Shown: in pieces, positions 1 to 11,794 of the stretch
Layout of the letters: each line of letters opens with the position of its first letter
Numbering within the stretch: the first letter of the stretch is position 1
Assembly: GCA_051942205.1 (NCBI GenBank)
Contig: JAVECO010000039.1
Location: forward strand, 62,001-126,000
DNA from: Coniocarpon cinnabarinum
Lineage: Eukaryota
Direction: 5' to 3'
Length of the DNA stretch: 64,000 nucleotides
Made by a program: the position numbers and the translations under genes
The notes under the pieces: model-generated
The model's database searches: none
Seen by the model: the letters and a program-made list of their open reading frames with translations, nothing else
What the model was told of the DNA's origin: nothing

Positions 1-172
1 TTGGAGACAATGTCCTGAAGGCAGTCTTGCCTCGACTCGTCCATCGCGTTGATCGACCCACCTTCATTGCGCGTGCGAGCTAGGTCTACCTCCGTGGCCT
101 GCAATCAGTTATCGAACGAGGTAGCGCGGCATTGATGAGACAAGGATTGTGCAAGTCCTCAAACAGCCTTAG

Positions 173-3100
173 ATGGAGCAGCGAACGCCAGCCCAGTCGC
201 CGTCGCCAGACCGCCGCCTGGGCAAACTACTCAAGACCACGAGTCGTCAAAGCACCTCCGCCTCATCGACACCTTCTCTCACGCCAGTCGACTCCAACTT
301 AGATCAATCTGGCTTTCGCAAATCGTTTGATCGTGGGATCGCGAGCCTGAAGGATAAAGCGCGCAGGGATAGCGAGCCAAGCAACGCGAGGCGGAGCAGC
401 TTAGACTCCAGGCGGCCGAAACGGCTATCACGCTTGGTGCCTAGAAGATCAAAGACAAAGCTAAGAGACGGGGACAACAATGATTCCAGTCCAGAGTACA
501 GCCCGGTCAACGAGCGCTCTCCGTCGTTAAGGCCTGGCAAGAGTGACGCGAGCTCCAAACTCAATCTGCCATCCGAGAACGCCAGCAGTGAATCCTTCAG
601 CAAGAGCGCGAGCAGTCTGCTTACCGACGACTCGGAGGCTGAACGGTGAGTGGTCCTGTCGTCTTCTGTCCTATCTGTGAGCGTCCGAGAGGCTTGTCTG
701 GTTTGCCTGGTCGGTTCGGCACATTTCGTCCGTCACGGACCGTGGCTTCCCCCATTTGGTGCTCCGCCGCAGAGATGACAGCGACCCTGCGGAATACGTC
801 GGCCGCGTCCCATACTGCCAGCCAACGCGTGCAGTTAGCGTCAGTTGCTATTGCGGATTCTCGACCTGACCCTCTGAAAGCTGTCATCATTGCATCCGTA
901 CGCTTGGGATGTCCCATCGAACTCTAGACCATCGTTGCTGTTGCCACGGCCAAGTAATTAGCTAGATCCTCCCCCTTCCGAACAGCTGGTCTCAGCTGGA
1001 GGTCACACTTGCGGGACCCAATGTTTCCTGACCTAGCTCGTGCTGACTACTCTCTCTGCAGGCCACAATCCCGTCCCGAACTTGCCAGTCGCGCCTCACA
1101 TAAGGGCTACCTCACATTCTCGTCCCCGCTGATCGCCGCCGAAACCGTTGACCCACCCCAGACAAGTCAGCAAAGTTCTCTCGCTGGCCAAGTCCTCCAA
1201 GATAACAAACGGCTTGCGGAGAACACATCCTTGGAAGCCATCTCAGGTGCCAATACCGCGCAATCTACTTCCAAAGCTCCCACAAAAGCTAGCACATTCT
1301 CAAATCCTGATCAGCAACGTCCGTCCTCATCTGCTAGCTCAAAGCCATCGTTCAAGATCAACACCTTTCCCACCGAGCGTCCGGACACACCTTCCACCTT
1401 GATCACGCCCCCGACGCCGGTTGTCGCCAGCTCGTCATCGTCACCTCGATCCAGCCCAACCCGAAAATCAAGAGGTCCTGCCGCATTGGAGGATCTCCCC
1501 ACGAAGCCGCCGAGCGCCAAACCCCGAGACTCTCTATCGCATCGCCGCGTTCGCTCAGCTACGACAGCATCAAGCAAGTCCGGCGGTATCTCAACCCCTC
1601 TCACACCGCATGTCGAAGAGGCGAAAACACCAGGAGGCACTGTTGTTCAACCCAGCGGCTCCAGTGGCTTCCTTGCATCCGTTTTCTCAGCGACTCAGAA
1701 TGCAGTGAACCAAATCAGCAACTCTTTCAATACTCAGCAAGCTGCAAGTCGGAGCCGCAGTGGAACTGCTTCAAGTGCACCGTCAAAACAGGGCGATCTT
1801 GTAGCAAGACCGGTCACGACAGAGCGGTCAGAGACTACTCGAAAAGACCGAGACGACTTCGTGCCAGAGAAAAAGGAGCCAGCCATTGCCACGCTTGGAT
1901 CCGGCAACCTGAGCCTTACGCATCTAGGCATCACAGATTCCGCTTCAGAAGTGGGCGTGATGTCTAATGGACCAGGCTCAAACATAAGCGGGCCGCGACA
2001 AAGAGCGAGTATGCCAAACGGTGCTTCGCATGTTGGCGCGCCATCGATCACGCCATCCGAAGCCTCCGCAGTCGAGGCCACTGTGGCCACAGCGCACGGC
2101 GGCAAGACCCCTAGTGAGAAGTCTGTGCCCATCATCTTCGACAACAATGAAGACGGCGCTCGCCCTCGCTCGCTCAGTAGTCTGCCTTCTGTCATCAACG
2201 GAGAAGGAACCCCTCAACGATCGGTCACACAAGGCACCGACGCCACAGACGGTGCCAGTCTGCGACGCGCAGGGTCAGTGCGAAGTCGCATAAGCGGTCG
2301 GAGATTGAGACACCGCAACAGTTCGGCTGCAGGTGGAGCTATTGCTTCTGCGCTTGCGGCGAGCCACGGCGTTATAGCCAACCCGGCCAACAGGAGACCT
2401 ACAGGCTTTGCTGTTGCGAACACGAAACGCAATCGAGAGTTCCATAAAGATTTCAAAAGTGTTCCAGAAGACGACCACCTGATTGACGACTTTAGTGCTG
2501 CCTTGCAGAGGGAAATCCTGATTCAAGGGCGCTTCTACATCTCTGAACAGCATATTTGTTTCGGCAGCAACATCCTCGGCTGGACGACGAGTCTTGTCAT
2601 GAGCTTTGACGAGGTCGTCGCCATTGAGAAGAAGAGCACTGCTATCATATTCCCAAACGCGATCGTCATTCAAACACTGCATGCAAAGAACATTTTCGCC
2701 AGCTTTCTCAATCGCGATGCCACATACGACCTTCTCATACGGATGTGGCGCATTGGGCATCCCAACCTGAAGTCAACAGAAACTGGTCATTTGCTGGATG
2801 AAGCAGCAGCGGACAGGGCAGAGATGGTTCATTCGCCGGACTCGACTGCATCATCCGACGATGAGTCCGACGACGACGATGGCGACGAAGATGGCGAGGA
2901 TCACGAAGACGGTACGAGCTCAGTGGGTAGACCGCCAAGCATTGCGCCAGAGGAGGGAACTGAAGCAGTGCGCGTCGTGAGCAAGGCACCCACTATCAAC
3001 GGACCGTCGAGCGTCCAGACTAACGGCACCGCCGTTAAGACCGGCGATGGCGCAGTATCGAACGTCACTCCAAATCAGGACTTTCCAGGTCCTGCCACAC

Positions 3101-4285
3101 ACTCCATTACTCAATGTGCAGACACCGACACGCACTATTCGAATCAAGTCTTAGATACTACTGTGCCGGCACCGCTCGGAAGAATCTACAATATGTGGTT
3201 TGGACCCGAATCAGGGAAGATCATGAAGAAGTTTCTCGTCGATGACCAGAAATCCACTGAGCTTCTAATGGAGGATGATGGCAAAGGCCTGGGCGAGGAG
3301 AAAAAGAGCTTCGCCTACTCCTACATCAAGCCCCTTGGTGGATCGATTGGACCCAAGCAAACTAAATGTCTAGTTACCATCAATTTGGATGCTTTTGATC
3401 TAGAAAGGGCGGTCTCTGTGACATGCTCAACCCAGACGCCTGATGTACCAAGCGGGAATATTTTTGTTACCAAAACCAAATATTGCCTGATGTGGGGTCC
3501 AGGCAACTCTACACGGATTGTGATGAGTTGCGCGGTCGAGTGGTCTGGTAAAAGCTGGTTGAAGGGTAGGAGTCGCTCTAACTTGAACCTTAAGCAAACG
3601 TCACTGACAGCTCTTAGGTCCCATTGAGAAGGGCGCCAATGATGGTCAAGCTCAATATGGCAAAGACATAGCCGCCTTCTGGAGAGCTCAACTTGCTGCA
3701 AGATCCCCCGCCAAACCCGCCAAACCAGGTAAACCAAAGAGCAAGAAAAAGAAAGCGACGATTGACGCAGGGAATTCTGATGATGCAATCGATACTAGCA
3801 AAACCACAGGCACAGTTTCAGGAACGAGTGCAGGTGGTGGCGCCTTCGCTGCTCTGTCAGGGTTATTGGGTCCTGCTGGGGACGTGTTGGGACCGCTACT
3901 TAGTCCCTCAATTTTATTGAGCGTGCTTCTTGCCATCATGACGATCCTCTACTGGCGACAATCCTACAATGGTGTCTCCTCAAGCGACCGACTCGGCCTG
4001 GCAGGCTTGACCTCATCGGCTCGCCTTGCAGCCTATGATCAACTATGGCATCGGGAAGAGTCGCAACTCTGGGAGTGGCTAGAAGACAGGTTACGACTTG
4101 ACGACGTTAGCAAACCTGTGTCGATTCCCTCCGACGGGAATACGGTGCTGAAGAGCATGACCGACCGGCAGGTCGACGACGCGATACGAGTGACCGAGGA
4201 GCGCTTGCAAGCGCTGAAAGGCATGGTTCAGCGCAAGCGTGGGACAGCTAGGACAGACAATCCTAGCTCGGACGACGATAAATAG
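173..4285 (+). CDS. GRAM + VASt (StARkin) domain membrane-anchored sterol transfer protein, Lam/Ltc/Ysp2 family; 3 exons (173-645, 1062-3565, 3618-4285)
   Basis: GRAM-like segment RNREFHKDFKSVPEDDHLIDDFSAALQREILIQGRFYISEQHICFGSNILGW and VASt-like TQTPDVPSGNIFVTKTKYCLMWGPGNSTR...WLKGPIEKGANDGQ. C-terminal hydrophobic helix ILLSVLLAIMTILYW. GT-AG introns at 646-1061 and 3566-3617 restore the frame. Confidence 0.92.
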
Positions 4286-4566
4286 TCGAGAGCAGCTGAG
4301 AAGCACTCCTAATAGCGCAATCGAATCCTATGGGAAATCGTCCGTCCTTAGTTGTATATAAAACGCTGCTAGAATTGCCCTGCTAAATGGGCACGATCGG
4401 GTGTCCCCGTGCCCAACACAGATTATCCGAGATATTGCCGATGTATATTTGTTTTTGTCCCATAAGCCCTGGTGTGTCAGCGAATCAGTTTCATATCTCA
4501 CACCTACTTGCAAAGTAGAGTCAAAACAATTATGTGATCCGACAGTGCACTAAATCTACTTTCAGG

Positions 4567-5556
4567 ATGCCGCGTGAAGCTGTGGAGCTTTCACTTAACG
4601 AGCAGACCTTCATTCTTCAAGCTTTGCGCGAAGGAGAGCGTTTAGATGGACGTGGATTCGATTCGTACAGGGCACTAGAGCTATCGTTCGGGGACGAGCA
4701 TGGTTTTGCAGATGTGAAATTGGGGCAGACGAGGTATACAGACAGCTTTCCAATTCATGTTGCTAGTCTGATCTTCCTACAGGGTTGCGGCGCGAATATC
4801 AGCACAAGTCGTGGCACCCTTTCCGGATCGACCCTTTGAAGGGATTTTCCAGGTCAATACGGAGCTGTCACCAATGGCCAGCCCTGCATATGAAGCTGGC
4901 AGGTACTATCGCGACGAAGTCATGTGGTCGCCCGTCTCCAACGATTCTGACAGTCAAGCAGGCCCACTCTGAACGAGTCGTTGATCTCGCGGATTCTAGA
5001 GAAGACTGTGCGGCGATCGTCCTCTGTGGATACAGAATCGCTCTGTCTCGTTGCTGGGTCGAAATGTTTCGCTGTCCGCGCCGACATCCATGTCTTGGCC
5101 TTTGATGGCAATCTGTTGGATGCAGCGTGCATTGCACTGATCGCTGCCCTTCAGCATTTTCGACGCCCTGACGTCACTGTGGACGGTGATGATGTGAAAG
5201 TCTGGAACATCAAAGAGAAAGAGCCAGTCAAGCTCAGCCTGTTCCATCATCCGCTTTGCGTGAGCTTCAGCTATTACGACGGAGGCGACATAATTCTACT
5301 AGATGCGACTGCATCCGAGGAGAAAGTACGGGAGGGTGAGGTGGTCATTAGCATGAACAAGTACGGTGAGATATGCCAGGTTGCAAAGTACGGCGGTGTG
5401 ACGGTGGATGCTGTGACGCTTTTAGGTCGGACAACAGTCGCACTCGAGAAAGTGAAGTATTTCGATAGTCTGATTCAGGAGGAATTGGCCAATGACGAGA
5501 GAAAGCGCAATGTGGGCGATCTCATCGCCGAACTCAGTGCGGTGAATGATCGGTGA
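4567..5556 (+). CDS. RRP45: Exosome complex core subunit RRP45 (RNase PH fold); 3 exons
   Basis: MPREAVELSLNEQTFILQALREGERLDGRGFD...; RPFEG...TELSPMASPAYE; SRILEKTVRRSSSVDTESLC...DGNLLDAACIALIAALQHFRRPD. Two short introns near 4734 and 4903. Confidence 0.95.
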
Positions 5557-6114
5557 ACCGTGCCTGCCTGGCGTTTGGAGACAGGAACGCGGCTTCCAAA
5601 TGAACATGCTTGGTGCACTGGATATGAGCATATCTGCTTGGAATCTGTTTGAAACCACCATCTCTGGGCATGGATATTAGGCCAACCTCTGCCTGGCAGC
5701 ATCATTCGATGGCATCTACAACTGCTTGAAAGATGCTTTTGAAAATACGAGAGCCCAATGCCCTTTATTGGTTATAAGCAGGCTTTGGAAAAGCTGCTGT
5801 GAGTATTATGAGACACCGTCGAGTTGAATGAGACTAAACATACGCTCCGCAGTATCGCCTTCGTTATCGTGACAGTAATTACAATTCTCGCAGCAGTCTT
5901 TAGGCTCCGCTATCTTGCTCGAGTGTATGTCTCGACTTCGTCTCTTGTCCGGGCCGTTGTATCGCACGCTTGTTGAATCTATCTTAGACAGGCACGGAGA
6001 CCACTGCACAATCACAATCCATTGCAATCGCTCGCTTTCGGCACACGAGCTTTGTCTGCAGCTGCCACAAGTCCCGCCGTTCGAGCTGAAGCCATCCCAC
6101 GACAATCAAGCGCT

Positions 6115-7356
6115 ATGCGCTTTCAGCGCCTCAGCTTTAGTCGAAATCGGTCGTCCAGCCGCGATCGTGCAAGAGCTTTGGGTAGTCCCGAGAGGGGTAT
6201 GAACGCTATCACATGGCGTCTCGACGATCGCGAAGAACGCCGTCAGCAAGGTACACCGGTCGAAGATTTTTTCAGCTACATCGAAAGATCAAACTCGACA
6301 CACTCCAGCAACCGACGTATGTCTTATCACGTTCCCGGCTGGGGCTACTCCTCTATACGTCGCAGACAAACGTTGTCTCCCCAAGCAGAGCATGTCCGTC
6401 CGGCATCTGCGATGGATCCTCAAACTCATCCATCAAGGGCGCCTACGCCTCAAAGCTTTCTGCGTCCGCCGTCATCCCTTGAGACTGGCATACTTGCATC
6501 ACGACCACCTTCCACTGCTCCATTACTCCCAGAGAGGGCGCCATCAGGGGCACGCGCTTCCTACACGCCGACGACATTGCCTCACTCGCGTAACAGGCTT
6601 CATCAGAACGAGACACCGGCTAATATAGCACCCACAACCGAATCTTCACCGACGTTTCCATTCTGTCTCGCTCGCCGTCTTTCAATCTACAAGCCAAAGG
6701 TTTCGACCCGCCGCTTCAGCTTCTCGCACTTGAAGTCTAAGCAGCAGGGCATTCCCGCACCAAATGCAAGTTATGAGTTGTCTCCACTCCGCATAAAGAC
6801 ACCAAAAACGTCGAAATCTACACAAATAGTTGAGCGTAGCAAAATGGCGGAGCGACCGCTCGGTAACATCACGAATACAGGACAACGCCGACTCAGTTCC
6901 ATCGATGTCGAACGCAAAGAGAACACAGGTAATGCGGTCACGCCGGCGACAGACAGCGAACACGCAAACGACGCCTACCAACGCTTTTCCTACGCCACTG
7001 GCCCAGGCCCGGTCATTGTAGACGTAACCGTGTCGCCTCTCGGCGACACTCCGACCTTTCGAACAGAGAACATTGCCAGGCCCGTCAAAGGCAAAGGTAA
7101 AATGGTCGAAGTCAAGCGCAAAAGCCGCAGTGTCGATGTGGCGACATTCCATGCGCAGCAAGGCAAAATGCAGGATCAGACGCTCGACGGAAAGGGCATG
7201 AGTGTTGATATGGGGTTGAGTAGGAATCATGCGGAGGTGATGAGGTCGTGGAGGGACAAGCCGTTGCCTGTTTTGCCCAGGACGGATACCACGCCTTGGA
7301 TTGAGGATCTCGAGCGGGGAATGGGATTTGAGCCCTTCGAGGTGGTGTTTGACTAG
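6115..7356 (+). CDS. Hypothetical Ser/Pro/Arg-rich, probably disordered protein
   Basis: Long uninterrupted ORF, first ATG at 6115. No recognisable domain; a KPLPVLP proline motif lies near the C-terminus. Confidence 0.6.
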   Translation: MRFQRLSFSRNRSSSRDRARALGSPERGMNAITWRLDDREERRQQGTPVEDFFSYIERSNSTHSSNRRMSYHVPGWGYSSIRRRQTLSPQAEHVRPASAMDPQTHPSRAPTPQSFLRPPSSLETGILASRPPSTAPLLPERAPSGARASYTPTTLPHSRNRLHQNETPANIAPTTESSPTFPFCLARRLSIYKPKVSTRRFSFSHLKSKQQGIPAPNASYELSPLRIKTPKTSKSTQIVERSKMAERPLGNITNTGQRRLSSIDVERKENTGNAVTPATDSEHANDAYQRFSYATGPGPVIVDVTVSPLGDTPTFRTENIARPVKGKGKMVEVKRKSRSVDVATFHAQQGKMQDQTLDGKGMSVDMGLSRNHAEVMRSWRDKPLPVLPRTDTTPWIEDLERGMGFEPFEVVFD

Positions 7357-7799
7357 CTGATGGTCTAATATTCAACAAAGTAGTGTTGACTTTAGCTATT
7401 GTTATTGTGGATGCGTGGTGTAGTCGCAAGACCGGCGAGGTTTGGATTGCAGGTGGGAGTATGCAATTAGTCGTATGATCAGAAAGTATGTGAGTATGGC
7501 TTGGTCTTGAAATGAAATGACATTCGTGTCACAATGTGAGTAGGTACCTCTTCCAGACCAAACGTGTGCCTCTTGCAACCAACCCGGAGTGTGAGTTGAG
7601 AAAGGTTTGCTCAACATCTCATGATGTCAAAGACGAATGTTGAAAAATTACACAGGCCACACACGGAGCAAGATCTATAGCAGAAGCAATGGACGCTGAC
7701 AACTTTTCACTGGTGTTGACTAGCTTTGCTGGGTTGAATGATGAAAGAAGCATGTGCAAGAATGACTCGTAGCCTGCAGACGACAGCGATTTAAAGAAA

Positions 7800-7860
7800 A
7801 GCGAAGTAGAGGTAGCGAAGTAGAGGTAGCGAAGTAGAAGTAGCGAAGTAAAGATAGCGA
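7800..7860. repeat. 14-bp minisatellite (AGCGAAGTAGAGGT) x ~4.3
   Basis: agcgaagtagaggt agcgaagtagaggt agcgaagtagaagt agcgaagtaaagat agcga, read directly. Confidence 0.9.
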
Positions 7861-10800
7861 CGCATGGATCGAGTGCAGCACGGAAGTGCACTAGCTGTTA
7901 CGTCGTCTCTCTCACACGCATCGTGCCGTGACCAGGAAAAGAAGAACTCTCCTGGAATAAGTACATCGGGATCGTGGAGGCGTACAAAGTAAGAACTGAA
8001 CTGAATGAAGGTCTCATTTGAGATCGACAATTCGGGGTGTGTCGTCTTTGGTGGTATCTCTTGTGTCCCATCGACTGTCCCACTGACTGTCTCCGAGAGG
8101 ACGTAACGTGTTTATGCTTGCGACGAGGTTTCAAATTGAAGCAGGGGAATAAGAGATGGAATGAATGTAAAAGTCGCAGAAGATGTTGAAGAGGTTGTTA
8201 CATCTTGGATGTAGCCGTGGGAAGATGGGAAAAGGTCACGGCGCATCAAATTTCTTCGAGATTCGCATGGACGGGACATATGCACAGCTTCTACAGCAAA
8301 ACAGACTGTCAGTGCATGACACCTCAATCTCGAGAATTAGACTCGACGGCGAATCACGCGTCGAAAACTGTCTTCAGGACTGCTTGCTCGAAGACAGGTC
8401 CACCAGGACGCGTCACCATCTCATTCAGTGTGCTGGGGGAGGTCTACTTACCGTTACCTCAATCACTCATTCGAAGTCGGTCAGAATCGGTGGGCTCAGT
8501 GCCGTCCATTCGACGATACAGAGCCAAGCCCGCTCCGGATTCAGATCTCGAACGCCGCAAACACGAGCGACGTGCTTGAACGAGACACTTTGGAGAATTT
8601 AGCGGAAAAAGCCCACGTCATTACAGGACGCGACCAGCCTTTCGCCTAATGATACCGCTCATTTCACGGCATCTCGACTGCAATTGGCGGAGACTGGCTG
8701 TCGGTTCGATTCGAGAGGCGGGGCCTCTACTTCAAGTTAGCGTCCAGGCGTGGTTGTGACTTCGTGGTCATGGCGTCCGGGGGATGTCCGGGGATTGCAG
8801 CGAGAAGTTGGTGCCGGAGATGCGTGATTGACTCGCTTTGATAGAGAAGCGCGAGCTGCCGTGGCATTCTAGGATCGTCAGTGACGGCGCTGCATCGTGC
8901 CCTGTACGTTCATGCAACGGCGAGGCCAAGCTAGGCCAAGCAAAGGATCGAGATCACCTCATTCCAACCCTCGACACCAACATCTCTGTGCGCATGTTGT
9001 AAACGGGACAGCATGAAACAACGACCACAGTAACATTCTCATTGACTGCGGTGCTCAACGCGACTGACTCTCGAGTCTCGTTGGATTTATTCGAGAAATG
9101 GTGTTTCTCCACGTGGAATGTAACCTGATACGTCGTCGTGCAGCCATATTCAGGTACGTGTAACCTAATCAGGGCAATGGAGCTTTTCCTGAGCAAGGGT
9201 GCATCATGCAGGTCCCACCACCAACATTGAAATTGTACAACGGTGGCCGCGCGCCCTGTAAATGCTTTCGTGGCTCGTTGTAGTTAGTCGCTCGCTTTGA
9301 TTTAGCGTATCAGGTATGGAGGATGCGAATTGGGTCTTGCAACGGCGCACAGGATGACCCATAGTGTTCCGCCTGCAGCGTGTCATGAAGACCACATTGT
9401 TCGTGAGCTTGGTGTCTGGTTAATAGGTTGTTATACTTTTTGCAATTCGTTCCAGTTGCCAATTTTCTCCGAAGCTTTGCACTCTGACCATTGTGCGAAT
9501 TTTAAGTAGCAATTCTGTAGCCAGTAGCATAGATAGAAACATGTCGTGTGTCAATGATGCGCCCATGATGCCTTACAAGCACTTTGTGGATGCTGCAAAT
9601 GATGAACTGTAGGACTAGCACACAGACAAAATAGGCGGGGGTTTATATGAACATTTGACGTAGCCACGTTGCAGTAGCGGAACGTGCAGTATTCAGTGTG
9701 CCCTTTGATGTTGGTAACCGCTCTTTAGAAAGTGTGATAGACTGGAGTCTGTTCGTGTTACCTACAACTCTCCACAAAAGTCCAAAAATTTTCGAAGCAA
9801 GAAGCAAGCCACGTCAGACCACCTCAACCGTGGAACATCGGCAAAAAGAACATCGTCTCTCCATTCATAGTAAAAGCTCGGTGGACTTTGTAGACTTGCG
9901 AGAAATTTCCTTGTCTAATTATTTCAGACCATAACGTTCTTTGAGCCACTTTTGCTGCTTATGCTAGAACAACGTGCTCTTGCTTTAAGAGACACGACGC
10001 ACAGTTACAAGTTTCAACGGCCACACTCGAACATCGCGCAGCGAAGTCCAGACGTGGTTTTGGGGCGAAGATCACTACTGCAAAGGAGCCTGTGGTGCGA
10101 AAACTATAGCGCTGTCCGCACAATCACAACAGGATCTGTCCGCAACCGCATTGTCCTTCGTTAGCGATTTTTGTTCAACACTGTCATGGGAGTCGTCTCT
10201 AGCGTTCTGCAAGATTTGTTCGTCGTATACTTGTGTTATCAATTAGAGCCTGTCTGCAATCTCGAACGGATGTTCGTCAACCTAGAGTCAATGTTAAGGC
10301 CAATCAAAGAGAGCATTTGATGCAATTTGTAGCTGGACAATACTATTCTTCAGGCTGGACGCATATATCTGATGAAAATCTTTTCGTGTACAACATTGGG
10401 AATACACTGCAGCGTCAGTAAGCGAAAAGTGTTTGGGACACATCAGGGACGAAGTCGCTATTTGGCATGTGCTTTTGGTACAGCAGCTTACCGTACGCCG
10501 CAGCACAGCCGCGTCTTTATCAAAGAACTCAAAGCTTCCTCAAATATGTGTTGAGCATGATCCGGATAGCGGTGACTCCGCCGCATTCAAAATATCTTCA
10601 CGCAACGGCCGTCTTCGGTGACTTTCAGGTCAAACGGCCACGCGGCCAGATGTCACGCGACGGACGGCCGAGGCCACGCGAGAAGGCAGCGAGATTGTTT
10701 CTATGATCAGTATCAGACACTTTTGCTTGAGGCTTGGGCCACCGAAGTCTCTTCAACCTAGCGCGGAAGTTGCGCAAGTCGATAGTCGGGCGGTCGGGTA

Positions 10801-11794
10801 TGAGGAAGGAGCCCTAGACGACCCACCAGGGCGCATGCATGAACTGACAATCCCGTCAGCTTGCAGATATTATTATCTGTCCAAAGACCGTTCATGGGAA
10901 GATTCCGCGTGTCGCCGATCCACGTGCACTTGGGGCCGAACCAAGATGAATCCGAAGCCCACGGGTTACGGGCCAACTGGGGCGAGAGCTGCAGCATGAC
11001 GATCGTCAGAGAAGGCTAAGTGGTGTTGTGCAGTTGGTCCCAGATTTTCGGATGAAGCGGTAGGGCAAGATGCTTTTCACGGCGAGGCGTAGCGGCAAAG
11101 GCCAGAAAGCTCACAGAGCCTTCTATGAGACCGGCGCGGTCCGTACGCTTTGTCCAAGCTGGCGGTGTCCGAACCGAACTCAGCTCGTTGTTGCCTGTTT
11201 GAGTGCGATGCTGAAGGGAATGGCGCAATTGGGTGGAAGATCAGGAACACGATGTCTGAAAACACCAGACTGTTGTTGTGGGGAGGGGCCAAGGCACGGA
11301 CCTTGTGCGCATCTGAGGCACAGCCTTCATGACACGGCCCGCGTCGCCAACCGCAAGGAGGCAGGTTGTTAGTGCATGTGGCGATGATTGTTTCAAGATT
11401 AGCTTGCCGTGGAGGAGTTTGGGATGGAACGACAGGCCTCTGCAAGATACTTTGAGTGGCAAAAGTAAACGCGAGGAGATGATCTCTTCTGCGGGAGTCT
11501 AAAGAAGGAAACAACTCCACGCTAATGCCGCTAGTGTCATTAGTCAGCAGCAGGTCAATGCCATCGTCCAACCTGCGTGATCACGTCGACAGTGGCAACT
11601 TGCTGACAAACTTGCGGACTACGATGATGTGGAGTCTGGTAATACATTCTCTACACACTAGCGTCTCTGTGTCTGCTTAGACGCTTGATTGCTCGATCAA
11701 ATTGCAACCATCCAGTGATTGTCGTCCCAACGCCATACCATGCAAATACAATAGTACATTTTGACAACGCTGAATGCTAGATCGCAACAATTCG

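Noticed and set aside
7800..7860. Short repeats as a possible CRISPR-like array
   Set aside because: Units are head-to-tail with no unique spacers, and the context is eukaryotic
8690..8720. GGTTCGATT resembling a tRNA T-loop / B-box
   Set aside because: The flanks do not form a T-stem, and no cloverleaf or A-box can be built
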